Positions 37,066-47,646 of a stretch of DNA of 58,472 bases are shown piece after piece. The notes beneath the pieces were generated by a model, which was not told the origin of the DNA, ran no database searches, and saw nothing but the letters and a program-made list of their open reading frames with translations. The DNA is from a virus. Taxonomy: Duplodnaviria > Caudoviricetes. Location: positions 1 to 58,472 of IMG/VR virus record IMGVR_UViG_3300043468_000545; one strand, given 5' to 3'. Numbering within the stretch: the first letter of the stretch is position 1; each line of letters begins with the position of its first letter. Both the position numbers and the translations under genes were made by a program.

Positions 37066-39828
37066 ATGACAATTAATGTAGCAAATACGGAATTAAATAA
37101 CACGTTTGAATTTTGGCGTGCAAGAACAAACGAACTTGCAACGCTAATGTCAAATTGTGTGATTACAACCACAGCAAATTTGGCTTCAGCCCAAACTGCT
37201 GGCAATGCTGCAATTTCAGGTAGATTTTCTGCTAATAGTTTAACAGCTGCCAATGTTTACACTAATAGTGTTCTTACTGTCAATGTTTCATCTATTAATT
37301 CTGTTAGCGAAGACTATTACTTCACAGTAAATACGACTACTCTTACTTTAGGTAATAATACTTGTAATACATACATCACGCCAATTTCTATCAGAGCTAA
37401 TAATGTTCTGGTCAATGATAATGTTGCTATCAACACTTCAGCTTTGTTTGTTGGTGATATCAACGGAAATCTAGTTGTAAATAAAACTAGCGTTTATATA
37501 CAAAGTAATGATATTGTTAATACCGTATTAACTTCTACAAGTTTCAGAGTTTCGAACAATAACGTTAATTCTAACTTAACATACAATACATTAACAATTG
37601 GAAACGTAGTAGTAAACAGTACATCAGTGTCGTTCCCAACAGTTACTGGGACTCCTGTAATTAATTCTTCTACGATAGTTATTGGCGCTAATGTTTACGC
37701 AAATACTTCAACATTATTGATTGGTAATTCAACTGTAAACTCTACAGTCAATTCGACAATGGTTCAAATGTCGAATTCTTCCGGCACCGCCAATTTAACT
37801 CCTGTTCATTTAAGAATTGGAACTTCATTCGTCAACAGTTCAATTATAACGACAGGTAATGTTACAATAAACACAACTGCAGTTATTGCGGGTTCTATTA
37901 ATTCTCCGGATCAAGCTATAACTGCATATTCTAATAATAATGTTACTATTTACAGCGAATCAAACTCTTATTACGCTGTATATGGTAAATCGAATTCTAG
38001 TGTTGGTGTTTCTGGTGTTTCTAATACTGGCATTGGTGTTTCTGGATCTTCGGAAACAAGTTACGGTGTTATGGGTTCTGCTAATAGTGGTTGGGGTGGT
38101 ATATTCACTTCTAAATCTGGCGGTTCTCTATATGCTGGTAACAACACTACAGAATTCTTCAGAGTAGCAGTTACTGGCTATGTTGGTATTGGTAACGCTT
38201 CTCCGGCGCATGCTCTATCTATCAATGGCAACGTATACGTACTATCTTCTGTTAATATTGCAACAAATTTCGTTGCAAACACTGCAGGCATATATCATAC
38301 TGGAACTGCTAATCTAAACACTTTGACTGTAGGTTCCAATACTTCGGCCAATCAATCTATCACAGCATATTCTAATAATAACGAAGCTGTTGTTGGTTTC
38401 TCTAATACTAACTATGCTATTCGTGGTATTTCTAATACTAGCTATGGCGTTTATGGTGTATCAACTTCTAATGTTGGTGTCGTTGGTGAATCGACATCTA
38501 GTTGGGGTGGATATTTCGTATCAACTACTGGTAATTCTCTGTTTGCTGGTAACAACACTACAGAATTTTTTAGAGTAGCATCCAACGGAAATGTAGGCGT
38601 TGGTTCTTCTACTAACACAGATTCTAGATTTAGAGTTTTTGACGTTAATTCTAATGCCGGGATTAGAATAGGTTTCTCTGGTACAAGCGTAAATCAATAT
38701 GAAGCAAACACTCACAATTTCAGAGATACTTCAGGTAATATATTAGTTACTTCAAATACATCCGGCGTAGGAATAAACAACACATCTTTCATCACTAGCG
38801 ATAGATTGTCGGTTGGAGGTAATGTTTATTTTGATTCTAATCTTCGTGTTGTAACGAGCGTAAATTCTGCATCATTCACTGTAGGAACTGCTACTATCTC
38901 TAATTCCACTGGTTTTTGGACTACTGGCACAGTAAACGCTGCTGTTCATTCTGTTGGATCTGTTGTCATAGCTAATACTAGTGGTGTGTTTGTTTCTAAT
39001 TCAGTAAATGCTAATACTGTGCGTATAGGTAGTACCTCTGTAAACACATCAGTCAATTCTACAGCGTTTTTTGCTACTAATGGAACACAGACAACCACTA
39101 TCAATGCTACTTCTATTTCTACAAACGCTAATATAGTTGGCACTGGTAACGTAGATATTTGTAGTGGAGTTTCTGGTGCTGCATATGCCAATGTCCGTGG
39201 TGATTTGTTCGTTAGAGGAAACTTGCAAGTTAGCGGTAATTTGGCTTATACTGGTGTTGCTATTGGCGATGTTATTCCAGCTGGTAACACCTACAATCTA
39301 GGTAATATTAACAACAGATGGGGTTTGTATTCTGGAGAAATTATCGCTTCTGGTAATGTGTCAACTTCCAGAAGTATATCTGTCAATACAGAAATAATTC
39401 TTGGAAATACTTCTACGACTTCTTTTATTACCATTGTACCCCCTAATAACACTCAGAGGACTCAAGGTAATACATTCCTAAGCGCCAATGGTTCTTGGAG
39501 CAATCTACCTACTTTGCCCATAACTAATAATGCGGTGACAACATCAGGAACAACGGCTCAAGTTATTGACAGTGTACTGCTCTCCGATAACGACGCTTAC
39601 GAATGGTTAGTTAATGTTGTTGATAATATAACAACCGGTAGAAGACATGCCACTAAAGTTATAGCAACAACAAATTCTACTGCTATGGTTGGTACAGAAT
39701 ACGCAACAATATTCAATGTTGCATCTTTAGGAACTTTTAATGTCTCCTCTAATGCAACTCATGGTCTTTTGCAGTATACACCAGTTTCAACTTCAACAAC
39801 AGTATCGTTTAGTAGGATCAACACCTAA
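37066..39828 (+). CDS. Fibre/structural protein (920 aa)
   Basis: NTFEFWRARTNEL N-terminus; N/S/T-rich beta repeats; duplicated module GSLYAGNNTTEFFRVA; globular C-terminal domain (VIDS..TEYATI..LGTF..YTP). Confidence 0.75.
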   Translation: MTINVANTELNNTFEFWRARTNELATLMSNCVITTTANLASAQTAGNAAISGRFSANSLTAANVYTNSVLTVNVSSINSVSEDYYFTVNTTTLTLGNNTCNTYITPISIRANNVLVNDNVAINTSALFVGDINGNLVVNKTSVYIQSNDIVNTVLTSTSFRVSNNNVNSNLTYNTLTIGNVVVNSTSVSFPTVTGTPVINSSTIVIGANVYANTSTLLIGNSTVNSTVNSTMVQMSNSSGTANLTPVHLRIGTSFVNSSIITTGNVTINTTAVIAGSINSPDQAITAYSNNNVTIYSESNSYYAVYGKSNSSVGVSGVSNTGIGVSGSSETSYGVMGSANSGWGGIFTSKSGGSLYAGNNTTEFFRVAVTGYVGIGNASPAHALSINGNVYVLSSVNIATNFVANTAGIYHTGTANLNTLTVGSNTSANQSITAYSNNNEAVVGFSNTNYAIRGISNTSYGVYGVSTSNVGVVGESTSSWGGYFVSTTGNSLFAGNNTTEFFRVASNGNVGVGSSTNTDSRFRVFDVNSNAGIRIGFSGTSVNQYEANTHNFRDTSGNILVTSNTSGVGINNTSFITSDRLSVGGNVYFDSNLRVVTSVNSASFTVGTATISNSTGFWTTGTVNAAVHSVGSVVIANTSGVFVSNSVNANTVRIGSTSVNTSVNSTAFFATNGTQTTTINATSISTNANIVGTGNVDICSGVSGAAYANVRGDLFVRGNLQVSGNLAYTGVAIGDVIPAGNTYNLGNINNRWGLYSGEIIASGNVSTSRSISVNTEIILGNTSTTSFITIVPPNNTQRTQGNTFLSANGSWSNLPTLPITNNAVTTSGTTAQVIDSVLLSDNDAYEWLVNVVDNITTGRRHATKVIATTNSTAMVGTEYATIFNVASLGTFNVSSNATHGLLQYTPVSTSTTVSFSRINT

Positions 39829-40160
39829 TGGCTACAAAGGCTAATCTAGTTATAGATCAAGGAACAACGTTTTCGGTAGAATTGGACTTAACCGATGATA
39901 ATGGAGACGCTCTAAATTTAGATGGATTTTCTGCCAACGCTCAGATGAGAAAGTGGTATACTTCTTCGAATGCTACAATTTTTACTACTTCTATCAATTC
40001 TTATTCCGGGCAGATAATGTTAAATCTTACCGCAAATCAGACTGGATCTTTGACAGCAGGAAGATATGTTTATGACGTAGAACTGACAGATGTTTCTACA
40101 AACGCTATATCTAGAGTTGTTGAAGGAATAGTAACGGTGACACCACAAGTAACGAGATAA
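39828..40160 (+). CDS. Small virion adaptor (BppU-N-like Ig fold)
   Basis: NLVIDQGTTF..AQMRK..LTA.QT..L.AGRYVYDV..RVVEGIVTVTPQVT. Confidence 0.7.
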   Translation: MATKANLVIDQGTTFSVELDLTDDNGDALNLDGFSANAQMRKWYTSSNATIFTTSINSYSGQIMLNLTANQTGSLTAGRYVYDVELTDVSTNAISRVVEGIVTVTPQVTR

Positions 40161-40163
40161 TAC

Positions 40164-40433
40164 ATGGTAAATGTTGTTGTTTCAAGAAAAAGAAATGTTA
40201 GAGTATCCTCAAACGCTACAGCTGGCGTTATTGACACAACTGTACCCGTAACGCTTAAAAATGCTCCCGTATTGTCTAGTGGGCTGGATACTATAGACGA
40301 ATTAAGAGACGTAGGTTTGACTCAAAGAACCGACGGATCTACTTTAATATACGACAATATTACCGACACCTATCAGGTTAAACCATTGGATTTTGATAAT
40401 ATAGTAGGCGATTTAGATGGTGGAGTTTTTTAA
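40164..40433 (+). CDS. Small structural linker ending LDGGVF
   Basis: ELRDV..DGSTLIYD..LDGGVF. Confidence 0.65.
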   Translation: MVNVVVSRKRNVRVSSNATAGVIDTTVPVTLKNAPVLSSGLDTIDELRDVGLTQRTDGSTLIYDNITDTYQVKPLDFDNIVGDLDGGVF

Positions 40434-40436
40434 AAT

Positions 40437-40444
40437 TATAAATA
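40437..40444 (+). promoter_or_regulatory. T4-type late promoter
   Basis: Intergenic TATAAATA upstream of 40473. Confidence 0.7.
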
Positions 40445-40472
40445 TATAAAATTTCAAAGGAGCGCTGTCTAG

Positions 40473-42116
40473 ATGGCCAACAATAGAATTCAGATCAAAA
40501 GATCGGTAGCTAATGCTACAGTAACAGGTCTTTCAAATGGTGAATTGGCGTTCACCCAAGCCAGTAACACCCTTCATATCGGACTCCCAGACGGATCTGG
40601 CGTTCTAAGGATCGGTGGCGCTCAGTACCCAGGCGTATTGACTAATAATCATGCTCTTGTCGCTAATACGACTGGGGGCATTGATAAGGTTATTGTAGCC
40701 AATGCAGTAATTGCCACTCTTACAGCTAATGGTTCAGCAGGTACCAATGGCCAGGTTCTTGTTACCAATGGCACAGCCATATACTGGGGAACGGGTACTT
40801 CCGGCGCTAACACTCAGATCCAGTTCAACGATTCAGGCGTTGCTAACGCTACTGCTGGATTTACGTTCGATAAAGTTACCAACACTATGTTCATCGGTAA
40901 CTCCATTACTTTTGGAGCTACTGGTAACAATCAACTTATCAGCCTTTCTAACAGCTTCCTAGAAGTTCGTGGTGGTTGGGCAGATAATAACGGTGTTCTT
41001 AGTGTTATTGGTGGTAATTATACAGACGGTAACTATGCTAAAATCGCCCTTCAAGGCAATAACAAAACAGTTACCATCGAATCTGATAACACTCTTGTTA
41101 AGACTCTTGCAAACTCAACTATTGCCACAGCCAATTTAACTGGCGTATACGTTGTTGGAACTGTTAATGCTGCTGTTCATTCTACAGCCGGAAATTTCTC
41201 TAATACCTCTGGTAATTATCCTTTATCCAATACAGTAGGTGCAGAACTTGGTGACGCTGATCAACGTTGGGTAATTAGTGCCAATACAATTTCAGCAACT
41301 GGTTTGATTGACGGTAATGCTGGTTTAACTATTACTGGCACAGCCAACGTTTCTTCTGCTATCAATATACCAGGTTATCTAGTTGCTAATCAGAGCGGTA
41401 TCTATCATACTGGTACTGTTAACGCTCTGTCTTACACTGTTGGTTCAAATTATAGCGTTAACAGTACTGCTCTTGTATACGGTGGCGGAACAGTCAATGC
41501 CACTTCTGCAACTCTTAATGTTCGCGATGCCAACATCTCTGGAAACCTTATTGTTTCTGGTACTGTTATTTCTATTAATGTTGCAACTCTTTCTGTAAAC
41601 GATAATATCATCTCTCTTGGCGACAATAATCTAACAACAGATCTTGTCGACACTGGTTGGTATTCTCCAGCTGGTAACTCTTCGGCAGTATGGTATTCAG
41701 GTTTCGTCCGTGTTGCTGGCGATTCTTCTGTAACGAATCCATACTTCAAACTATTCGCAACACCAGTTAATCCTAATACAGCTAGCACTATAGCTGCTAA
41801 TGCGGCAACTGGTACTCTCCAGGCATTCCTAACGCCTTATGGAGTCGGTGGTGCATTCGTTGCCAATAGCTCTAACGTTCAGATTACAGCTAACAGTACT
41901 ATTGGCGTAAATATCGTAGCCAATACTCTAACTCTAACAACTGCTCTTGCAGGAATAGATGGTGGTACAGGTTACAAGACTACAACGAATCAGGCAATTC
42001 TAGTAGGTAATACATCCAATGGTTATTCTCAGCTAGTACTAGGATCCGAGGGATTCGTTCTACAGTCTAATGGTACTGCTCTTCTTTATGACTATTTGGA
42101 TGGTGGATCTTTCTGA
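40473..42116 (+). CDS. Fibre protein with an Mtd-N-like N-terminus, ending LDGGSF
   Basis: IQIKRS..L.NGELA..LHIG N-terminal motif; QIQFND and GNLIVSGT repeats. Confidence 0.75.
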   Translation: MANNRIQIKRSVANATVTGLSNGELAFTQASNTLHIGLPDGSGVLRIGGAQYPGVLTNNHALVANTTGGIDKVIVANAVIATLTANGSAGTNGQVLVTNGTAIYWGTGTSGANTQIQFNDSGVANATAGFTFDKVTNTMFIGNSITFGATGNNQLISLSNSFLEVRGGWADNNGVLSVIGGNYTDGNYAKIALQGNNKTVTIESDNTLVKTLANSTIATANLTGVYVVGTVNAAVHSTAGNFSNTSGNYPLSNTVGAELGDADQRWVISANTISATGLIDGNAGLTITGTANVSSAINIPGYLVANQSGIYHTGTVNALSYTVGSNYSVNSTALVYGGGTVNATSATLNVRDANISGNLIVSGTVISINVATLSVNDNIISLGDNNLTTDLVDTGWYSPAGNSSAVWYSGFVRVAGDSSVTNPYFKLFATPVNPNTASTIAANAATGTLQAFLTPYGVGGAFVANSSNVQITANSTIGVNIVANTLTLTTALAGIDGGTGYKTTTNQAILVGNTSNGYSQLVLGSEGFVLQSNGTALLYDYLDGGSF

Positions 42117-42159
42117 TATGTATTTCTCTTCAACAAAGTAATTATACCGGAGTTTTATT

Positions 42160-42717
42160 ATGGAGTCAAGCGAAAAAGGTACTGATAGAGAAAATTATTT
42201 AACAGCTTATATCCAGAAGCACGAAACATTGCTTCTGGATTCTATGCGTAAGAACATTGATTTTGAAATTAAATTGATGGCTTATAGCACTTCTTATAAT
42301 GAAGTTTTAGAACAATTAGAAACAGTTAAAAAAGAATTGGCTGTTCAGACTGATTTAGTTTCACAAGCCACTAATGGTCTGCAGAGTCTCACAGTTGAAA
42401 AGAATCAACTGGTAGGAAGAGAAGAAAGTTACAATAAGAGAATAAAAGATCTTGAGAACAGAATTCGTGAATTAGAAACAGCTGTTGCTCAAAAAACAGC
42501 TGATCATAATAATGCTGTTCGTGCTTTGGAAGATTATAAAAAGAACGTTGAAAATTCCACTAAAGAAACATCTGAAATACGTAGAGAATTACAATTACGT
42601 GATGAAGAACTAAATAAAATTTATAAAGAAAATGAAGATTTGAAGGCTAAATTGCCTCAAACAAAAAAGGTGGTAAAGAAACCAACAGAGGTAATATTAC
42701 CTCCTGATGAATTTTAA
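42160..42717 (+). CDS. Coiled-coil protein
   Basis: E/K/L heptad-rich sequence; GGAG RBS. Confidence 0.7.
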   Translation: MESSEKGTDRENYLTAYIQKHETLLLDSMRKNIDFEIKLMAYSTSYNEVLEQLETVKKELAVQTDLVSQATNGLQSLTVEKNQLVGREESYNKRIKDLENRIRELETAVAQKTADHNNAVRALEDYKKNVENSTKETSEIRRELQLRDEELNKIYKENEDLKAKLPQTKKVVKKPTEVILPPDEF

Positions 42718-42719
42718 TA

Positions 42720-42735
42720 CCTAGTATATACTAGG
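42720..42735. repeat. Perfect 16-bp palindrome
   Basis: CCTAGTATATACTAGG in the gap before gene 42754. Confidence 0.9.
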
Positions 42736-42753
42736 ATTTGTTAGGAGCCTAGA

Positions 42754-45700
42754 ATGGCAAACACTGTGTTCAAACTGCGACGTTCATCGGTCGCAGGCAA
42801 GGTACCGAATACATCTACTCTCGCAATCGGCGAGCTTGGTCTAAACCTTACCGACAAAATTCTATACTCTTCAGACGGAACCAATGTTTTCGAAATTGGT
42901 TCTAACAACACAATTATAAGAGTAACAAATACAGCATTCATTGCTAATGCTACCGTCAATTCTATCGCTTTCACAAACGCTGGTATTACTGCTACCTCTG
43001 GAGTCCTTACATGGAATCCGGACGAATCAACGCTTGATCTTGGTTTGGCTGGTAACAACTCTATCCTTAAGATCGGCCAAGAAACTGTTTACTTAGTCAG
43101 AAATGCAACAGGTTCCACTATTACAAAAGGAACTGTTGTTATGGCCAATGGCACAATTGGCAATTCAGGTAGAATTAAAGTAACTCCTGCCATAGCGAAC
43201 AATTCTGTTCCTTCGCATTATATTATGGGTGTTGCTACAGAAAACATCACAAATGGTAGTGATGGTTATGTGGCTCATTTTGGTAAAATTCGCGGCATTA
43301 ATACAACAGCTTGGCCAGACGGTTCTATTCTATACGCTGATCCTGCCAATACTGGTGGATTGACTGCTACTAAACCAACAGCACCAAACCACAAAACAAT
43401 TGTTGCTATTGTTATTCACTCTGCTTCAAATGGTATTCTGTTCGTAAGACCAACATTTGGTTCTGATCTTGCTGACGATGAAAGAGTAGAATTAACAAGC
43501 ATTGCCAATGGTGATATGCTTGTTTACAGATCAGCTACGAGTAGATTTGAGAATACTAAAGATCTAATAGTAAATTCAATAACAGCCAATAATACTAAAG
43601 GAGCTAATGGTCAAGTACTTGCTTCTAGTGGAAATGGCACATATTGGTTTACGCCGATCGGCGGTGTTTTGCCTGTTCAACAGCAATATACAGCCAATGG
43701 TTCTACTACTTCCTTCATAGTTACTGGCGGATATGTACCTAATACTATTAGTGTGTTTCTTAACGGTGTAATGTTAAGAAACGGCATAGAAGTTGATGTT
43801 ACTTCTGGGTCTGAATTTACTATATCGCCAGCACCAGCCAATGGATCTTTTATAGATGTTGTTGGTCAATCACGTCTGTATTCTACTGGTGTTAATACAA
43901 TCGTTTCGCAACAGTTTACTGCTAATGGAACTGCTAATAGTTTCGTTGTAACTGGTGGTTATATCGCTAATAGCGTATTGGTGTTCTTGAATGGTGTTAA
44001 ACAGATACCAGGTACAGACGTTGATATTAGTTCGGGCGCTAATGTTGGGTTCTATTCAACACCATCAAATGGTTTTATCGTCGATGTTTATGGTTATCAA
44101 ACGTATGTGTCATTAGGCGCTAACACTATTACTGTTGGTTCCAATTTAACTATTGGTACTGATTCTATCAATATTGGTAATTCAACAGTTAATACGCAGA
44201 TTACTGCTGGTAACATTGCTCTTAATGGTTCATTATTGAAAATTGGTAATAGCACAGTTAATACCAGTTTAGATGGCGGAACTTTAGTTTTAGGAAGTAA
44301 TACTGCTACATTTGGTAACGCTGTTTACTTTGTTGCTAATGGTAATGTTGGCGTTGGTAACGCAACACCAGCGCATAAATTATCAGTTGGAGGTTCGGCA
44401 TATTTTACTGGCACAATTACATCAAACGCCGGAACTCCGATTGTAGCGATATCAAATAATTCATATACACCACAAATACAATTATACAATACAGCTAATG
44501 ATGTTAGCGGCGCATATTTCTCTTGTATTAAATCAAGAGGCTCTGGCGCATCTCTTAATGGAGATACTTTAGGCACTATTGCTTTTACTGGTTCGAATTC
44601 TAGTGGTTCTGGTATACTTTCTGGATACATAGCAGCATTACAAACTGGTGATACTGGAACTACTGTTCCAATGGATATGGTATTTTTAACATCAAATTCT
44701 AGTATTGGCAATCAAGAAAGATTAAGAATTGCTCGTGATGGTAATGTTGGTATTGGCACTTCTTCTCCAGGAGCAAGATTACAAGTAGTTGGCGCTTCTG
44801 GAGCAGTTCAATTCAGATCAGGAACTGCCAATGGTTATTTGGAAGTTAATGCTTTTGAAGCTGGAACAGTTTTTGCAGTTTTAGGAGGAACTAGTTTAAG
44901 CGGTGGTAGTATAGGAACACAAGCAAACGTTCCTTTAGGTTTGTTGGCTAATAATACAACACACGCTCTTTTAGCTGCTAATGGTAATTTTGGTATTGGA
45001 ACAACTTCGCCTGACGGCAAATTAGCCGTAACAGGCGGTAGAACTATATTAAGACCTTCGAACGAACCATATGCTCTTGGTTTGTTTTATGGAACTGGTT
45101 CCAATCCTGTATATATTGGTTCTCCTGCTGCTAACTCGTTCCAGATTTCTAGGGCAGGCGGCGATGCAGTATTTAATATTGATGGTAATGGCAATACCGG
45201 TATTGGTAATACAACACCAGCACATAAATTATCAGTAAGCGGAAATTCGTTTATTAATGGATTTCTTACTTTAGGATCTGCTGGCACTCCAGGTTTTATT
45301 TCTTACAGAAGCACTGGAGTTTCTCAATTTGATGTTGGTCTACTTGGTGGAGATTCAGATTCTACTGCTTTTGTGTATAATAGAGCAAATGGCGGTCTTG
45401 TCTTTGGCGCCAACAATGCTCAAAGAATGGCTATTTCTGCTGCTGGTGATGTGAATATAGGTACAGCTGCAGAAGCTGGTAATTCGTTAAGGTATTTTGA
45501 TATTCAGAATGCCAATACAGGTTCTTCAGCTGGCGCAATTATGCGATTTATCACTGCTAATGCTGCTGGCACCGGTGTTACTACTGTTGATATTGTAAAA
45601 TATAAAAACGGTCTATTTGTCATTAATAATAACGAACCTTCTGGCATTTTTACGCTTAATAATGCTGGTTCGGAGAGAATTCGTATTAATAGTTTTGGTA

Positions 45701-45975
45701 ATGTTGGCATCGGCAACTCCTCGCCGAGCGATAGGTTAGTAGTTGCTGGTAATATTACGCCAAGCACAGACAATTCTCATGATCTTGGTTCTAGTTCTCT
45801 TAGATGGGCTAACATTTATACAGGAGACTTGAACTTATCTAACGAAGGTTCTGGTGGTAATGATGTTGATGGTACTACTGGTTCTTGGACAATACAAGAA
45901 GGCGAAAATGATCTTTATATCATAAATAAAAAGAATGGTAAGAAATTTAAGATCAAACTCGAAGAGATAGTATAA
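42754..45975 (+). CDS. Multidomain tail fibre (1073 aa)
   Basis: FKLRRS..GELGLN N-terminus; two Ig-like QQ.TANG..VFLNGV repeats; GNVGIG repeats; C-terminal DLNLSN..GSWTIQEGE domain. Confidence 0.8.
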   Translation: MANTVFKLRRSSVAGKVPNTSTLAIGELGLNLTDKILYSSDGTNVFEIGSNNTIIRVTNTAFIANATVNSIAFTNAGITATSGVLTWNPDESTLDLGLAGNNSILKIGQETVYLVRNATGSTITKGTVVMANGTIGNSGRIKVTPAIANNSVPSHYIMGVATENITNGSDGYVAHFGKIRGINTTAWPDGSILYADPANTGGLTATKPTAPNHKTIVAIVIHSASNGILFVRPTFGSDLADDERVELTSIANGDMLVYRSATSRFENTKDLIVNSITANNTKGANGQVLASSGNGTYWFTPIGGVLPVQQQYTANGSTTSFIVTGGYVPNTISVFLNGVMLRNGIEVDVTSGSEFTISPAPANGSFIDVVGQSRLYSTGVNTIVSQQFTANGTANSFVVTGGYIANSVLVFLNGVKQIPGTDVDISSGANVGFYSTPSNGFIVDVYGYQTYVSLGANTITVGSNLTIGTDSINIGNSTVNTQITAGNIALNGSLLKIGNSTVNTSLDGGTLVLGSNTATFGNAVYFVANGNVGVGNATPAHKLSVGGSAYFTGTITSNAGTPIVAISNNSYTPQIQLYNTANDVSGAYFSCIKSRGSGASLNGDTLGTIAFTGSNSSGSGILSGYIAALQTGDTGTTVPMDMVFLTSNSSIGNQERLRIARDGNVGIGTSSPGARLQVVGASGAVQFRSGTANGYLEVNAFEAGTVFAVLGGTSLSGGSIGTQANVPLGLLANNTTHALLAANGNFGIGTTSPDGKLAVTGGRTILRPSNEPYALGLFYGTGSNPVYIGSPAANSFQISRAGGDAVFNIDGNGNTGIGNTTPAHKLSVSGNSFINGFLTLGSAGTPGFISYRSTGVSQFDVGLLGGDSDSTAFVYNRANGGLVFGANNAQRMAISAAGDVNIGTAAEAGNSLRYFDIQNANTGSSAGAIMRFITANAAGTGVTTVDIVKYKNGLFVINNNEPSGIFTLNNAGSERIRINSFGNVGIGNSSPSDRLVVAGNITPSTDNSHDLGSSSLRWANIYTGDLNLSNEGSGGNDVDGTTGSWTIQEGENDLYIINKKNGKKFKIKLEEIV

Positions 45976-47336
45976 TGACATATTTTGTAGGCAATTCTAC
46001 AGCTAACAGTTATTTAACGCATAACACACTAGAATTCAGATCTACTATCAGCGCTGGGTTTGGTATAATCAAACCAACATCGAATTCGACATTTCAAAAT
46101 AGATTAGATATCGCTCCGATTGGTGGTAATAACGCTATTTTAAGTGGACCATGGTGGAATGGCCTTCATCTAGCTGCTCCATTGTTATCTTATGCTAATG
46201 GTTCTTTTGCGTTCCCAAGAACTTCTGTGTATTACAGTTATACTAATAGCACAGGTCCAACCGATATGACATTTAATATCGTTGCTGGTAATGATGGTGG
46301 TTTAGGCACAGCAATGAGATTATATGCCAGTGGTATAGATTTTAATAATAGAGGCATTGATATTGCTGCCAATGGTAATGTTGGTATAGGGACGACTTCG
46401 CCAGCATCAAAATTGCATGTTAGTGGTTCTTTTAGATTACAAGCGCCAACTGTACCGTTTGAATGGACCGCTAACGCTGGCGCAAACGATTTTCTTAAAC
46501 TGAATGCTGTTGGTTATACTGACAATATATTAGTCATTAATTCTTTGGGTAATATTGGTATAGGAACAAGTTCGCCATCAACAAAATTAGAGGTGTCAGG
46601 CGGAATAATAAAGGCTGGTACCAACACATCAACTGCTGGTTCTACAATATTACAAGGAATATATGGCGCAGGATCGCTGACTAATATTGGGACAGAATTT
46701 TCTTCTGGTGGTCCAGTCATTGGATATGCAGTAACACCATCTTTATCTGCTACTGGTAGTTTTTTATCTTCCACTAGTATTAATATTGCAAGAAATGCCA
46801 TTACTTTAAATGGCGCAGAGGTAAGATTTTTTCAAGGAGCGATACAGACAGTAGCAATTGGTTCGCCTGTTACAATGTCCGAAACAATGCGTATTAACAG
46901 CTTTGGTCATGTTACTGCGTCTAATCAGCCATACTGTAGGGTTGTATGCAGCGCAACAAGCATAACTATAGCTTCTGGAAGTCAAGTAGTTCCTTTTAAC
47001 AGTGCGCTCAATAACGTAGGAAGTCATTTTAACACATCGACATTCAGATTCACTTTGCCTGTTACTGGCAAATATCTAGTAACAGCGTCTATTCAAACTA
47101 ATGGAGTAACTGCTCAATATTATAATCTATATTTGAGATTAAATGGTTCTGGCATATTTGGTACTTTCCAAACTGGTTCTGGCGTATCATATCAGCAATT
47201 TAGCACAACAGGAGTCATATCAGGTAATGCGAGCGACTATATAGATGTTGCTCTTTTTGCCGTTACTGGTGGAGGAACTTTAGAAACATCAGCAAGCGAC
47301 AGTAGATGTGCTTTATCGATAACTTTGTTGAGTTAA
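45975..47336 (+). CDS. Fibre/receptor-binding protein with a C1q-like C-terminal domain
   Basis: GNVGIGT repeats; QPYCRV..PFN..NVGSHFNTSTFRFTLPVTGKYLV. Confidence 0.75.
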   Translation: MTYFVGNSTANSYLTHNTLEFRSTISAGFGIIKPTSNSTFQNRLDIAPIGGNNAILSGPWWNGLHLAAPLLSYANGSFAFPRTSVYYSYTNSTGPTDMTFNIVAGNDGGLGTAMRLYASGIDFNNRGIDIAANGNVGIGTTSPASKLHVSGSFRLQAPTVPFEWTANAGANDFLKLNAVGYTDNILVINSLGNIGIGTSSPSTKLEVSGGIIKAGTNTSTAGSTILQGIYGAGSLTNIGTEFSSGGPVIGYAVTPSLSATGSFLSSTSINIARNAITLNGAEVRFFQGAIQTVAIGSPVTMSETMRINSFGHVTASNQPYCRVVCSATSITIASGSQVVPFNSALNNVGSHFNTSTFRFTLPVTGKYLVTASIQTNGVTAQYYNLYLRLNGSGIFGTFQTGSGVSYQQFSTTGVISGNASDYIDVALFAVTGGGTLETSASDSRCALSITLLS

Positions 47337-47348
47337 AGGAGATAAACA

Positions 47349-47624
47349 ATGACAACTTACACAGTAAATTATACAGAAACAGAAGATTTAGCTATGCAGT
47401 ACGCAGCCGCTTCTGTTGATGATTGGATTCAGAATGCAGCACACGAAAGAGCTCGCATTGCTATCGACGAAATCGTTAAGATTGCTGTCGAAAAGTTTCT
47501 AGAGGCTGGTCAGACAATTCCTAGTTCAAGAGAAGAGATTGTAGCTGCAGCTTTTACTAATGGTTGGGTTAAGACTGCAGCGCAAAGAAATGAAGATTTT
47601 CAATCTTCAGCAAATACGCAATAA
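47349..47624 (+). CDS. Small fibre-associated protein, possibly a chaperone
   Basis: DWIQNAAHERARIAIDEI..GWVKTAAQRN; AAGGAG RBS; follows the C1q fibre. Confidence 0.65.
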   Translation: MTTYTVNYTETEDLAMQYAAASVDDWIQNAAHERARIAIDEIVKIAVEKFLEAGQTIPSSREEIVAAAFTNGWVKTAAQRNEDFQSSANTQ

Positions 47625-47646
47625 ATAACAACAAAAAGGTTATTAA

